Shown here: in pieces, positions 37,794-49,839 of the stretch
Position numbering within the stretch: the stretch's first letter is position 1
How the letters are laid out: the number at the start of each line of letters is the position of its first letter
Assembly: GCA_013239625.1 (NCBI GenBank)
Contig: MU054187.1
Location: 11,181,231 to 11,245,230 of the forward strand
Reading direction: 5' to 3'
Origin: Lama guanicoe
Lineage: Eukaryota
Length of the DNA: 64,000 nt
Notes under the pieces: model-generated
What the model saw: only the letters and a program-made list of their open reading frames with translations
Databases searched by the model: none
Told to the model about the DNA's origin: nothing
Translations under genes and position numbers: made by a program

Positions 37794-39250
37794 GTGTTTT
37801 AGAGCTGTCACTCCCTTTTTTCACTTCCCAGTATCGTACGACGATCTCACAAAGATCTTCCATTTCAGTGCTTTGTAGCTTCTCTTTTCTATTTGACCGT
37901 ATAAATATATGACAGCTAATTTAGCCATCCTGGCCATGGACCTGTGGGTTGTTTCTGATTGCTTACTATTGCAGACAATGCCAAGATGAATATTCTCTTA
38001 CATAGCTCTCTATGCCCGTATGAAATTGTTTCTCTCTGGACAGTATCTGGACGTAAAAAGGCTAGGCACAGGTCACGTTCCTTTTTCAAAAATGTACTTG
38101 CCCTTGCCCAGCTGCCGTCTAGGGTGCTGGACAATTCTCACTCCTACAATCAATACATGAGAATAACAGCTTTTCCGTACCCTCAACAACTACTCGATAT
38201 TTGGTACTGTTTGCTAGCCTGACAGGTGAACAGTGACATTTTTGGTATTTTAATTTGCATTTTCTTGATGACTCCTGGGCTGACGTGGATTGTTTCCTCT
38301 CCTACAAAAAGCCAACGTGTGTCCTTTGCCTGTTTTTCTTTTGGAAAGTACTTTTTTTTTTTATTGATTTTTGACAAATGTATAGTGGATACATATCCTT
38401 TTTAAATATTATAAATATTTTACATAATTTTAAATATTATAAAAATCATTCTTCTGGTTCGTCAGTCTTCTTCCACCCTGTCCAGTGACAGATTGTTAAC
38501 TTTGTTTATTACAGTAATGGTTATATGGAGTTTAAAATTTTTAATTTTGTTATAGGCAATTATACCACTCTTTCCCTTTAAGGCTCTGTTCTCTATTGAA
38601 AGAAAACTTTTTCCAGCTTAAGGTAAGAAGCATAAGCCTACATTTTCTTCTAATTCTGTACATATGCACAGACACGTACATCTACACGCGTACTTGGTTA
38701 GGTCTTTACCCCAGTTAAAATTTATTTAATTCACGCTGTGGGGCAGATATCTGACTTTGTTATTTTTACCAAATTGTCACAATACTCCTCACTGGAAAAT
38801 CCATTCATTCCACAATGAGTGTATCATATTCTAAATTCAATTTTATAAGAGTCTATTTCAAGTATCTCTATACTATCCCACTGACTTTTTGTTTTATTCT
38901 TACACAACTGCCATTAAGTTCTAATTACTATATCTTTACTGCAATTTTTGTAATCTTATGTTTCAAAAGTTTTCTTAAATCGTTTTCCTCATTTGTTTCT
39001 TCAGATAAATTTTGAATTATTTTCAGATTTCAAATTTTCCTTCTCACATGCCTATAAGAAATCCTATAGTTTTTGTTCGGATTGTATTGGATTTCTTAAT
39101 TACTGCGATGAGGATTGAAACAGTTCAATATTGTGTCTTCCCATCAGAAACAAAATGCCTTTCTCCATTCAGGTTTTCTCAGGATTCCTCGGGTTAATAC
39201 TTCTCTTGTACATCTTTTTTTTACCCCCAGATATTTCAGAGTTGTGCTGG
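37794..39250 (-). mobile_element. Old L1ME-type 3' region (probably continues at 36850-36986 on the other side of the LTRs)
   Basis: 'gggttgtttctgattgcttactattgcagacaatgccaagatgaatattct', 'ttttaatttgcattttcttgatgact', 'tacatttttcttctaat'-like motifs. Confidence 0.75.
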
Positions 39251-39589
39251 TTTGTGAATGAATCTATTTCCTGCAGGGTCATTAGAACACATTTCTCAAC
39301 ATCTCTAAGAGAAGTGTCAGCTTCTCACAGCGTCTGAGCCCTTCCCTGGGCACAGTTGCTCCCCCACGGCAGTATCTCTTCCTCTGGATGTGGAGGACAC
39401 CCTGCACAGCTGCTGTGTTGCTGGGCCCGGCGTGCTCCGCCCGCTCTGAGCAATCTCAGAAATGCAGCCCCACCATGAAACTCTCCTGCTTGGCATCCTC
39501 CAAAGACATCTCATCACCCCCTAGATTAGGTGGGAAGTGTTTGTAGGGTACACACACCAACCTTCCACATTCTGGCCGCTGTCTTCTGC

Positions 39590-39930
39590 CCATATCCCCA
39601 CGTGTGCCCTCCGTGCCGGGTACCGTGTGAGGCACCGGGCCCAGTCCCGATGACGTCACGCACTTTGACTTCCCTCCCTCCCTCTCGGCGCCTGCGCGTC
39701 CTTCTTTTTGTCATGTTCTTCTCAGCTTCAGCAACTGCCTTAATCCTGCTCATCTGGAGCTTAACTCCTCCGAGAAGCCTTCCCCGCTACTCCGGGGATT
39801 TCCCTGACTTCCCGCCCCTCCGGCCCCCACGCACCCGGTCCCCACTGCTCTTTCAGCACTTGTCTCAACCCTTGCCGACGTCCGGACACACCCCCTTGTA
39901 CCAGACCACGCCTCTGTGCCATCTGCGGAA
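39590..39930. promoter_or_regulatory. Small CpG-rich island with promoter-type motifs
   Basis: About 24 CpGs in ~330 bp (hand count); CACGTG 39599, TGACGTCA 39651, GCGCCTGCGC 39688, GGGGATTTCCC 39794, CCCGCCCC 39811. Confidence 0.55.
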
Positions 39931-40789
39931 ATGATGTGCTGTGAGTTTGCACTTTTTTAGTACATTATTGTTTGCAAAATGCTGTCATATATAAAAATAT
40001 TCCGTCTCAGGCTCTTTCTACTACTTAATGACAGTAAACATAGTTACAATACCCCTCAATGTTAGCATTTGAAAATGGCTCACTCACAAGTCACGTTTTT
40101 CTTGAAACTGGTTTTTTCAACCGTCTAAGACTCTTCCGTGGATGCGAATGTCCCTGGGCTGTAACAAGTCACTGGTTCTAGGGGAGAGCTGGTCCACCGG
40201 CAGAGCTCCTCAGTAGGATGGGGACAACAGGTACATTGTCCCAGGTTAACAGAGTACCTGCCTCTGGTTTCCAGAAACTTCCACCACATAGACCACATTG
40301 CTCTGTACCATACGTAGATCCGTGCGGGTTCCACTGCAGGAGGCTGTGAACTCAGCTCTGTTGCTTGTCTCCTCACCGACCCAAGAGAAGATTTCCACCA
40401 TGTGAGCCGCTGGTTTATAACGTTTCCTCAGGGGGACTGTTTGGACCATGAGTGACATTGTCCTCTTCTTTACGGCACAGACCACACATGCATTCCAGGG
40501 GCAGGGTAGGGTGGGAGATAGAGGGACAATGGTGTTATGATCGAGCACAGACACCTTCCTGTACATTCTTCCCAACACACACAGCCTGGCCACTCAACAC
40601 CACAGCTCCTTCTTCTTGGTGGGTTTCTCTTGGGGGGTCTCTTTCCTTCCTGGGTACCTCTCCAGTCCATCCAACAGATCTGCACACAACTGAATCCTAG
40701 TTAGGGACAAACTCAAAGTCTCTGTCACAGAGTTTCTGGGCCCCATAACAGCCTATTTTACTTTTTTGGGGGGTGGGGGGTGAGTGGGA

Positions 40790-41635
40790 GTTCTTTTTAT
40801 TTTTTTAATTTTTATACAATTTCTAAAGTTTACTTTCCACTTAACAGTTATTACAAAATTTTGGCCATATTCCCATGTTGTACAGTACATCCTTGAGCTT
40901 ATCTTACACCCAATAGTTTCTGCTTCCCACTTTCCAAACCCTGTGTTGCCCCCCCACCAATTGCTAACCACTGCTCTGTTCTCTGCATCTGTGAGTCTCC
41001 TTCTTTTTTGTGTATTCACTAGTTTGTTGTATTTTTTAGATTCCACATATAAGTTATATCATACAGTATTGATCTTTCTTGATCTGACCTATTTCACTTT
41101 GCATAATACCCTCCAAGTCCATCCATGTTGCTGCAAATAGCAAATTTTATTCTTTTTATGGTTGAGTAGTATTCCATCATACGCATATAAAATTTCTTCT
41201 TTATCCATTAATTAGTTGATAGATACTTAGGTTGCTTCTATACATTGGCAATTATAAATGATGTTGCTACAAACGTTGGGGTGCATGTACCTTTATAAAG
41301 TAGTGTTTTTGTTTTTGCCAATATATACCCAGAGTGGAATTCCTGGGTCACATGGGAGCTCTATTTTTAATTTTTTGAAAAACATCCATATTGCATACTG
41401 TTTCCCACAGTGACTGCACCAACTTACATTCCCACCAACAGTGTAGCAGGGTTCTCTTTTCCACATCCTCGCCAACATTTGTTATTTGTGTTCTTTTTGA
41501 TGATAGCCATTTTGACAGATGTGAGGTGATATCTCATTGAGGTTTTGATTTGCATTTCCCTGATGATTAGCAATGTTGAGCATCTTTTCATGTGCCTGTT
41601 GGCCATCTGCATTTCTTCTTTGGAAAAATGCATGG
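40790..41635 (-). mobile_element. 5'-truncated L1 (ORF2 C-terminus plus 3' UTR)
   Basis: ORF 41424-41654 '[37 protein letters not shown]...NNKCWRGCG' is L1 ORF2; frameshifted continuation 41293-41478; TSD cagcctatttta (40749-40760)/cagcctttttta (41636-41647). Confidence 0.95.
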
Positions 41636-41929
41636 CAGCCTTTTTTAAATGCACTGGACTTCCCTGAACAGATTAAATTCTCTAAACACAATATAATAGG
41701 GAAATAACCTGCACAGAATGTGGGGACTTCTCAGGAAGAATATTCTCCACCTCCACAAACCCACCTAAATGAGCCAGCTAAAATTCCCTGCTACAGATGG
41801 ACTTGAAATTTTGACACTCACTACAATCATGACAGATATAACTGATATTCACAGAGCTTAAATAATTTGCTCCAAGACAGTGAGAGACAAAGAAGGATTG
41901 AGACCCAGACAATTGAGCCTTATAAGCAT

Positions 41930-42110
41930 TATAAGTTAAAAGCATGGGTCTTATCAGATTGGCATTGGTTCAAGCCCCAGATATGCCAATTACTGCTCAG
42001 GTGATTCTAGGTGAGGCTTACTTTGCTTATCGACCAAAGGTTGGACCTACATAAAGTAGTTGCTCACAAAATAGGTAAGCAGAGTATGAAGCTCAAAGCT
42101 TGTCACAAAA
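41930..42110 (+). mobile_element. MIR
   Basis: 'gttaaaagcatggg...ggttcaagccccagatatgccaattactg...ctaggtgaggctta'. Confidence 0.6.
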
Positions 42111-42585
42111 TATATATCCAACAAATATCAACTATTCATATTCTTCATATTTTAAATCCTTTGATTTTACAACATCAGGAATTCCATTCCTTTGAATTTA
42201 AGGAGCCAATAAGGGGCAATTTGTCAATTACTATTGACAAATATAATTTTAAATGGACTCTTACTGAAAACCTTTAACATAGTTTGGGTTCTAAATATAG
42301 AGTGGCAGAAACACATTTCATATAGTCAAGTTGTTTACCAACCGGGGAGTTCACTGGTCAGGTTGGGTCATTTAACAATAATTATCTGCTGTGCCAAGAT
42401 GAGCTGTGTCCTGGTACCTTCAAGAAGCTTTCTTTCACAGTTTCGACTTGAATTTACAAATTCTTTCCTCCAAAAAAAAGAAGTCTTTGGGAAAAGGTGC
42501 TCCAATTCTGGATTCAGCTTTGAAAACCCTTAATAATATAATCTGGTATCTGAAAATGAAGAAATTGTTTCATATGTAAATGCCT

Positions 42586-42622
42586 AAATAATAATAAAAT
42601 AATAATAATAATAATAATAATA
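42586..42622. repeat. (TAA)n microsatellite, imperfect
   Basis: Direct reading. Confidence 0.9.
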
Positions 42623-42834
42623 CATTAATTAATTTGCTCCAACTAAAATTTATGAAGTGCCAACATGGCACAAAACACGTATCAGTTCTAAGTTGAGAAG
42701 AAGTTAATTCATTGGCAAAATCTTATCATTCTCTAACTTATCTGTTAGAAGCTCTGAGCTTTGTAATTCAGAGAATCAATGATTACACTTCAAAGCCACT
42801 TTTGGACTCTTTTTTTTCTTTTTATATAAACTAA

Positions 42835-43060
42835 GATTGAGGCATTGGGCTTTGAAATTGGGTTTCAAATTCAATTTTTGCTGATAACTTGCTTTGTGGT
42901 CTCAGGACAAGTGTTGCGCCTTCTAAAACCCCATTGCTGCTTTTAATCTATAACCTGGAAAAAGCATGGTAGCGAGGTTCAACTTCATCAGGTTAGTGAG
43001 GCTCAGAGGAGGCACTGTGTGTGGCTGGTCGATGGCAGATACTCAGTAAATGTTAGTATC
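42835..43060 (+). mobile_element. MIR (diverged)
   Basis: 'gggctttgaaattgggtttcaaattc...tgtggtctcaggacaagt...gatactcagtaaatgttag'. Confidence 0.6.
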
Positions 43061-43659
43061 CTTGTCTGTTTTTATAGCCCTGTTGTCCCTAGTGAGACAA
43101 GACATTTGGGACTGGCTAGCAAATCCTCCTGAGGTTTATTTTTTGAAGATTCTCTGATGATATTTTAAAAGACCTACAATTCCAAAATCACTAGTGTTTT
43201 TCACAGATTTTCAAGCCAAATGTGTGGTAATATTGGGGAAGCAACTATGGGACAGACTTTATCTATAGTCTATCTTCTTTGGAGAATATACATTTAATAA
43301 ACCCCTGCACACACTATCCCACAAATATCACAATCACAATGGCAGCTGCTAATTTATGAAATATGATACTGAATTAGTCAAACGAATTTTTTAGATTACA
43401 CAAAAAAATTTAGTTGTAAATGTAGAAGCAATTCAGTTGTTTGAAATAAATCTTGAAATTTTACTGAAACCTAAGATGACTATCATCAAAAATTGTATTA
43501 ATTGAAAGTAACAAGCATTTATTTAGTCCCTACTTACAACAAGAATTTCACATACACTATGTCTTTGGATTTCCGTAACTGTCCCATGGGTTATATAGAA
43601 TCACTACATTGCACAACTCAAAGGCCACCATTCAAGGCCCAATTATGTTTGAAGAGATA

Positions 43660-45540
43660 CAGGCTAAGATTTTCCAAAAATGAGAAACACTGTCAGCCCA
43701 CACACTCAATAATCTCAGTCAACCCTAAACACGTTAAATACAAAGAAGACCACATATGATCATCACATATTCAAATCGTTAAGAATCAAAGATGAAGAGA
43801 AAGTCTTAAAAGCAGGAAGAAGAAAATCGCACATTATATTCAGGGAAACAATATTAGAATTGATGGCTAGATTCTTATGAAAAATAATTAAAGGCAAAAA
43901 ACATCTTTAACGTGCTGAAAGAAAAAAAACCTGCCAACCTCCTGTACCTAAAAAAAAAAATCCTTCACAAGTGAAAGTAAAATTGGGACACCTTAGACAA
44001 ATAAAAGCTGAGAGAATTCATCACCCAAAGAAAACGAATAGTAAGATGACAGATTTAAGCCTAACCATAATGGCACTAAATATAAATAGATCCACTAATC
44101 TCTTTTTGAAAGATTAGATTTAAAAAACAAGACCCAATTATGTGATATTATTAGAAGTATATTTTAAGTATAAGGACTGAGAAAGGCTGAAATTAAAAGG
44201 GTGGGAAAAATATAACCTACCAAAACCAACATAAGAAAACCAGTGTTTATTTTGCACTTGATTAACATGAGACAAAGTCAATTTTAAGAAAGGCACACAA
44301 CCAGAGATTATTAAGATATTTTATAATAACAAAAAATTGTCAATTCATCAGGAAGACAAAATAATCGTAAGCTGGTGTGCACCTTGTAGAATAATTTCAA
44401 GTTATATAAGGCAAAAATTGAGAAACTAAATTTAAAAATGGAAAAATTTACCATCATAGAGATTGTAAAATACCTCTCTCATTAATTGATGAAAAAATAG
44501 ACAAATTAATCAGTAAGAACATAGAATATTGAATAACATTAACCAATAAAACTAATCAATATTTGTACGACACATCAGCCAACAACTAAAGAAAATCCAT
44601 ATTTTCAAGTAGACATTGAACATTCACTAAATTATACCATACATTAGGTCATAAAGCTAGTCTCAATACATTTTTAAAAACTGGAATTATAGAGAATATT
44701 TATGGAATTAAGCTAGCAATCAGTAACAAAAAGAAATTTTTTTAAATTCCCGATATTGGAAATAAAGCAACACTCATCTAAAGAAACTGTATGTCACTGA
44801 GGAAATTACAATACAAGTTAGCAAATATTTTAAACTGAATAGTAATGAAAACACAACATGTTAAAATGTGTGGGATGTAGCCAAAACCATGTATAGAGGG
44901 AAATATTTAACATATAAATGTTTATGTTAAATAAAAATAAAGGTTTAAGATCAATAATCAAAATTCCCTATTCAGGAAGCTGTAAAAAGAAGAGAAAGTG
45001 AAATACAAAGAAAGTGGAAATAAGGAAACAATAAATAGTAGAAATCAATGATATGGAAAAATGTGAGCGGGGTGGGGTATAGCTCAGTGGTAAGTGCATG
45101 CTTAGCATGCATGAGGTCCTGGGTTCAACCCCCAGTACCTCCATTGGAAAAAAAGAAAAAAAGAAAAATGAACAATAGAGAAATAGCAACAAAGCCAAAA
45201 TGTGGACCTTTGAATATAACAATATAATTTCTTAATCTAAAGAGGGAGAGAAGTCATTCACCATCAATATCTGGATAAAAAGGTAGACATTACCACAGAC
45301 ACTAAAGACTTCAAAATAAAAATCAAAGAATTTTATGACATCTTTATCACAATATATTTGACAACTCAGAAATAAGGATGAATTTCTCATAAATCACAAC
45401 TTTCAAAAATGACATTGGAAGAAATAGAAACTATGAACAGTTGTATACCTATTAAAGAAATTGAATTCATTATTTAAAACTTTCTACAAGGACAACTCCA
45501 GGTCCAGATGGTGGAAATAATATCAAACCATTTAAAACAT
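43660..45540 (+). mobile_element. Old L1 internal fragment (ORF1 3' half and ORF2 endonuclease region), decayed
   Basis: A-rich; 'aaagatgaagagaaagtcttaaaagcag', 'aaacaagacccaattatgtg', 'caattcatcaggaagaca', 'ggtcataaagctagtctcaata', 'caactccaggtccagatgg'. Confidence 0.88.
45069..45170 (+). mobile_element. tRNA-Ala-derived SINE (Vic-1-like, Camelidae), short form, inserted in L1
   Basis: 'ggggtatagctcagtggt...gcttagcatgcatgaggtcctgggttcaacccccagtacctcca' (A/B boxes, AGC anticodon) plus A-rich tail. Confidence 0.88.
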
Positions 45541-45779
45541 AAAGAGAGTGAGAGAGAGAAAGAACAATTTCAGCAATACTACTTTTAGGAAAACCTAATC
45601 ATAGTGTCTCCCTTCACTTCTAGACTGCCGACTCGAAAATCATCTGCGTATTCTTTTTTTAAAAACTTTTTCCCTTCTTTTTATGACCAAATTTATGCTT
45701 TTACATTTTATCTACTAGACTCTTATTTCATACACTTAACATTTTCTTTCAAGTAATTCAATTGTTTTCCCAAGTTATA

Positions 45780-45935
45780 ATGTTAATAATTCTTTTGTTC
45801 ATTACTGTATACCTGCATTATGTTAAGCATTTTGCATATATTAATTGTTTATCCTCATAAGTGGATTTGGGTACTATATTTACAAATGAGGAAACAGACT
45901 CAGAGTTTACTAACTTGCCCATAGTCCCAAGAACT
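45780..45935 (-). mobile_element. MIR
   Basis: 'tttacaaatgaggaaacagactcagag...taacttgcccatagtc'. Confidence 0.85.
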
Positions 45936-46439
45936 CACATTCCTCCTCCTCCTTCCAACACGTCACTCATCCAATAACAGTCAATGATTAATGGATCATT
46001 CTCAATCACGCTGTCGAGGAGAAGTGCTGTGTAAGTTCTGTATTTGGTAGTGTTTTAATAATTAATTAAACCAGAAAGAAAAAGAGAATTTCAGAGGGAA
46101 TATTTATTCAGCTGCTTTTATTCTTGAGAACCAATCTGCCAAGCTTCAAACTACAGGACTTGTCAGATGGTAAATAAACTCTACTTACTTTATCATTTAA
46201 AAACTTTCAGGGATTGCTGAGTGTGGATATTCTAGTCCCATATGTTTTTATGTAAAATATTGGGTTAATTTAAAACAGAAGTGAGAAATCTTGCCTTCTA
46301 AAATGGTGTGACTTCGCCCACCGAGCCTCTGCTGGCTGCCTAGTCCAAGTCATCTCCACCATTGCTCTGGGCTTAATGTTTTTACTATCATCTCCTCCAC
46401 CACCTTGTAAAGTCCCCTTTTAGAAGCATTTATAAGTGT

Positions 46440-46562
46440 GGTCAACAGAAAACTCCTTGAAGGCAGAAAATGAATCTTGTTCACTGCTGTGTATAGTCAG
46501 TATGCCTCATGTCTGGGACATAGGAGGTACTTATTAAATATTAGCTATATGAATAAACAAAT
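46440..46562 (+). mobile_element. L2 3' end
   Basis: 'aactccttgaaggcag...tcttgttcactgctgtgtat...tgtctgggacataggaggtacttattaaatatt'. Confidence 0.8.
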
Positions 46563-46766
46563 AAGATATTTTAATCTCTAATTATGTCATTAACAACCTG
46601 CTTTGCATCCTGCCTTTAAAATTTCCATTTTGCTCAAATTAGTTTTTTCCTGTCTGTTACTGTAACTAAGAAAAATTTGAAATTCTAGGCCAGTTTGGCT
46701 TAACTCACAATCTTTTGAGTATCTACCATTTTCTGGGTCTTTGAGGAAAAGCAATTTCTCTTAGAA

Positions 46767-47071
46767 CAGCCCTGTCCAACGGAAATATAATGCAAAACAC
46801 AAATGCAATTTAAAATTTTCTAGTATACACAAGAAAAAATTTTTTAATGAATTTAATTTTCATAATGTATTTTACTTAACCCAATAGACTCAAAATATTA
46901 TTTCAGCATGTAATTCGTATAAAAAGTTATTGGGCTGTTTTACACTCTTTTGTTCACACTAAGTCTTCAAAAGCGTATTTTGCAATCACAGAACATCTCA
47001 GTTCAGACTAGTCACATTTCAATTGCTCAAGAGGCTCATGAAGTCAGTGGCTACTGTTTTGAAAAGCACAG
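46767..47071. mobile_element. MER33 hAT-Charlie element, near full length
   Basis: 'cagccctgtccaacggaaatataatgc...ttaacccaatagactcaaaatatta...actaagtcttc...gactagtcacatttcaattgctcaa...gtggctactg'; ttagaa on both flanks. Confidence 0.88.
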
Positions 47072-48235
47072 TTAGAATTTATCGATAAGACAATTTTATG
47101 TAGGCAGGAATGAGATTTCCTGAAAAAAAAATTAAGTGGCAGTCAGTTGTAGAGAAGTGGAAATTACTTGCTTCTGATTGGAAAAAGACATCCATAGTGA
47201 TTCACACTGAAAAGAAAACAGAGCATGGCACATTCTCTCTTTCACCTCGTGCCAGGGAGCACGCATAGGAGAGACCTCTAAAGAGACTGGCACAGAGATA
47301 TCTCTGAAGAATTGACTCCAAATTTAAATGAGAACCTGACGCTACAATTTGAGGCATAGTGAACATTGTAACTACCAGGAAGAAAGAGAGACAGAGACCT
47401 TCACGTGTTCATCAGGATGGAACGGAGACACCAGTGCTGCCCCGGTTACAGGTACATGACGTGGAAAATCAATCAGACCCTGGAGATCACCAGATCACAA
47501 CTATGTTGAGACTGAATAATTCAAGGTAACTGAAGTTTTTCTGAACTCAGAAAAATAGATTGCAGATTATTGGGAATTTGTCACATACGTGCCACGAATA
47601 AAATTGACAGAATGAAAGGTATTTTTACCTTGAAAAATCATTAACCTCATAGCTTCCCATAGGAAGCTATCTTTGGAATAAAATTTGGCATATCCAGCAT
47701 CTCACAGTGTGTCTTGTTTCCTCACCCTGCTCTGATCTAATCCTGGGTTTAAGAATTCACACCATGAAAACTAAATTACCATAGATGATTACAATTTGAG
47801 CAAATTACCCACAATTAAAGACAGAGGGTTTTATCTGCCTGCAGTAAAAAGGAGGCAGTGCTTCAAGATCCACTGATTCTCACAGGCTGCTGGAGAACCA
47901 GCCTATCCTAGTCCTCAAGAAGATCGATCTGTCAGGACCATCAGAGAGAAACCGCATCTCTCAGATTCATGCAAACCCTGATCGAAAGTCATCTCACTGG
48001 AATCTAAGTCTAGATTCCAGTCTACTATACCTGAAGCAGAATCCACATGCCCAATCAAATCAGTAAAGGAAGATTTCCAAGAAATTTACTGTTTGGTCTC
48101 TGAATTCTTCTAAATGTCACTAAGTTAAAATACTCTCCAAAGTCAATGCAATGCTTTAATGATCATTTAAGAGTCACATTACTCCTCCTTCTACTGAACT
48201 GAAATAACAAATTGCTGTAGAAAGTTAGTATTTTC

Positions 48236-48520
48236 AACATACAGATGATGACCATAGTTAACTCTGCTGTATGACACATGTGAAAGTTGTTAAGAGAGTA
48301 GATCTTAAGAGTTTTCATCACAGGGAAATTTTTTTTTTTTGCTTTTTTGCTTTTTCTTTTTATCCTGTCTATATAAGATAATGGATGATAACTAAAATCA
48401 TTGCAGTAATCACTTCACAATATACGTAACTCAAACCATTCTGCTCTGTACTTTCAACCTATATAGTAATGTATGTCAATTATGCCTCAATAAAATTGGG
48501 GGGGAAATCATTAAAAAAAT
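48236..48520 (+). mobile_element. L1 3' end (L1MA-related)
   Basis: 'gaaagttgttaagagagtagatcttaagagttttcatcaca...gtatgtcaattatgcctcaataaaa'. Confidence 0.88.
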
Positions 48521-49839
48521 AAAATTAATATTTAGACAAACAATCTCTTTACTTAGACCAGCAATTATCAAAGTATCCTCTGAACCATCTTCCCTGGAAC
48601 AATTATCTGTCTATTAAAATGAGGCATAAATAATAGTATAAAATATCAAAAGGGATGTCAGAGAAAAACATTGCCATCTCTGAAATAAGTACTGCCGTGT
48701 GAAAATGCTTGAAAGTTAAGTTTCCCCAGTGAGTTTTCAGGCATTTCCTAAACCACCCAATGATTATAAAATGTGTCTCTAATTTAAGAGCCAGAACCAA
48801 GGCAAACTTTTAGATTTTCTCAGAACAAGCTAATCTGCTCTGCTTTTTCTCATATTTCTCAAGTCAGTTTAAAAGTTAGGAGTCTTTGCTCGGCTTCCAC
48901 ACGTGGACTTCTAGCAATGTGGTGTTTTTTAAAAATACGGTTTCTCTTACACTAGTTTCCATTGCCGTAAAGGTCAGTTTGTTCACGGCGGTGACAGCCT
49001 GCCCCTCGTGGCACAGACTCAATAAATGTCAGGAAGTGAACAAAGAGAAGAGATACTGGAACACTCATAGCCTTAATAGACTGAGGAGGTAGTGGTGGAC
49101 TGGAAGTTAAATTCATTCAGAACAAAAGAGGCCTTTAGAGTCCGTTTTTCTGGTTGAAAGATCAGAGCAAATGAAGCTAAAACCTAAAATAGAAGTTATT
49201 TTATTCTCACGGGTTCTGACATTTTAGTGGTGAGCTGCAAGTTGTAAAAACTGCTACTAAAATCCAAACTGTTAGCACCATATGGAAAAAGATCCTGCAA
49301 TGTCTTTTATCATTATATCATACATGTGTAGAAAGTCCTTACACTTGAATTATTTCAGAATGTTTTTTTTAAAATAAGCACAATGGCAGGAGGGTTGAAA
49401 TATTGAGAGGCCAAACAGACTACTATAAATAAAGGGATAACCACAGACCTTATGCTAGCATGGGATGTTTAAGCGGGCTGCATCCCTGATACTTAGTGAC
49501 AGTGAGTCTAAGGAGACATGTTACATCGCTTAACCAAGTATCTCATGGCTGGCCTTGTGGCAGGCCACTTAGGAAGAATTTAAGGAATTTGAGCCTTTAT
49601 TTAAACCACTATCAGCTGAAACTGGAAGTACATAAATGGTTCATGCCCAAATGAGCTTAGTATTTTCTTACCAAATAGAAAATATTTTGAAAACTAAATA
49701 TATATATTCTCCTTGCCTTCCCTTAGAAATGCAATAAATAAGGAATATAATCTCAAAATCATTGAGATGCTGAAATGCAACTGTGCTTCAACATAGGAAA
49801 ATGATGCGCAGAGCAGAACTGCAGAAAGCAGACAGACGC

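Noticed and set aside
39530..39934. 134-aa ORF with a hydrophobic stretch (possible membrane micropeptide)
   Set aside because: Non-ATG start; overlapping ORFs on both strands reflect high GC and stop-codon scarcity; the hydrophobic run comes from a T/C-rich tract
41293..41691. ORFs with real protein similarity
   Set aside because: Frameshifted L1 ORF2 C-terminal remnants, not a host gene
45074..45143. tRNA-Ala(AGC)-like sequence
   Set aside because: It has a mutated D/T region, an extra 5' G-rich leader and an A-rich tail, sits inside an L1, and has a second copy with TSD; it is a SINE, not a tRNA gene
47649..47670. 9-bp inverted repeat atagcttcc-cata-ggaagctat
   Set aside because: Short enough to occur by chance; no supporting context
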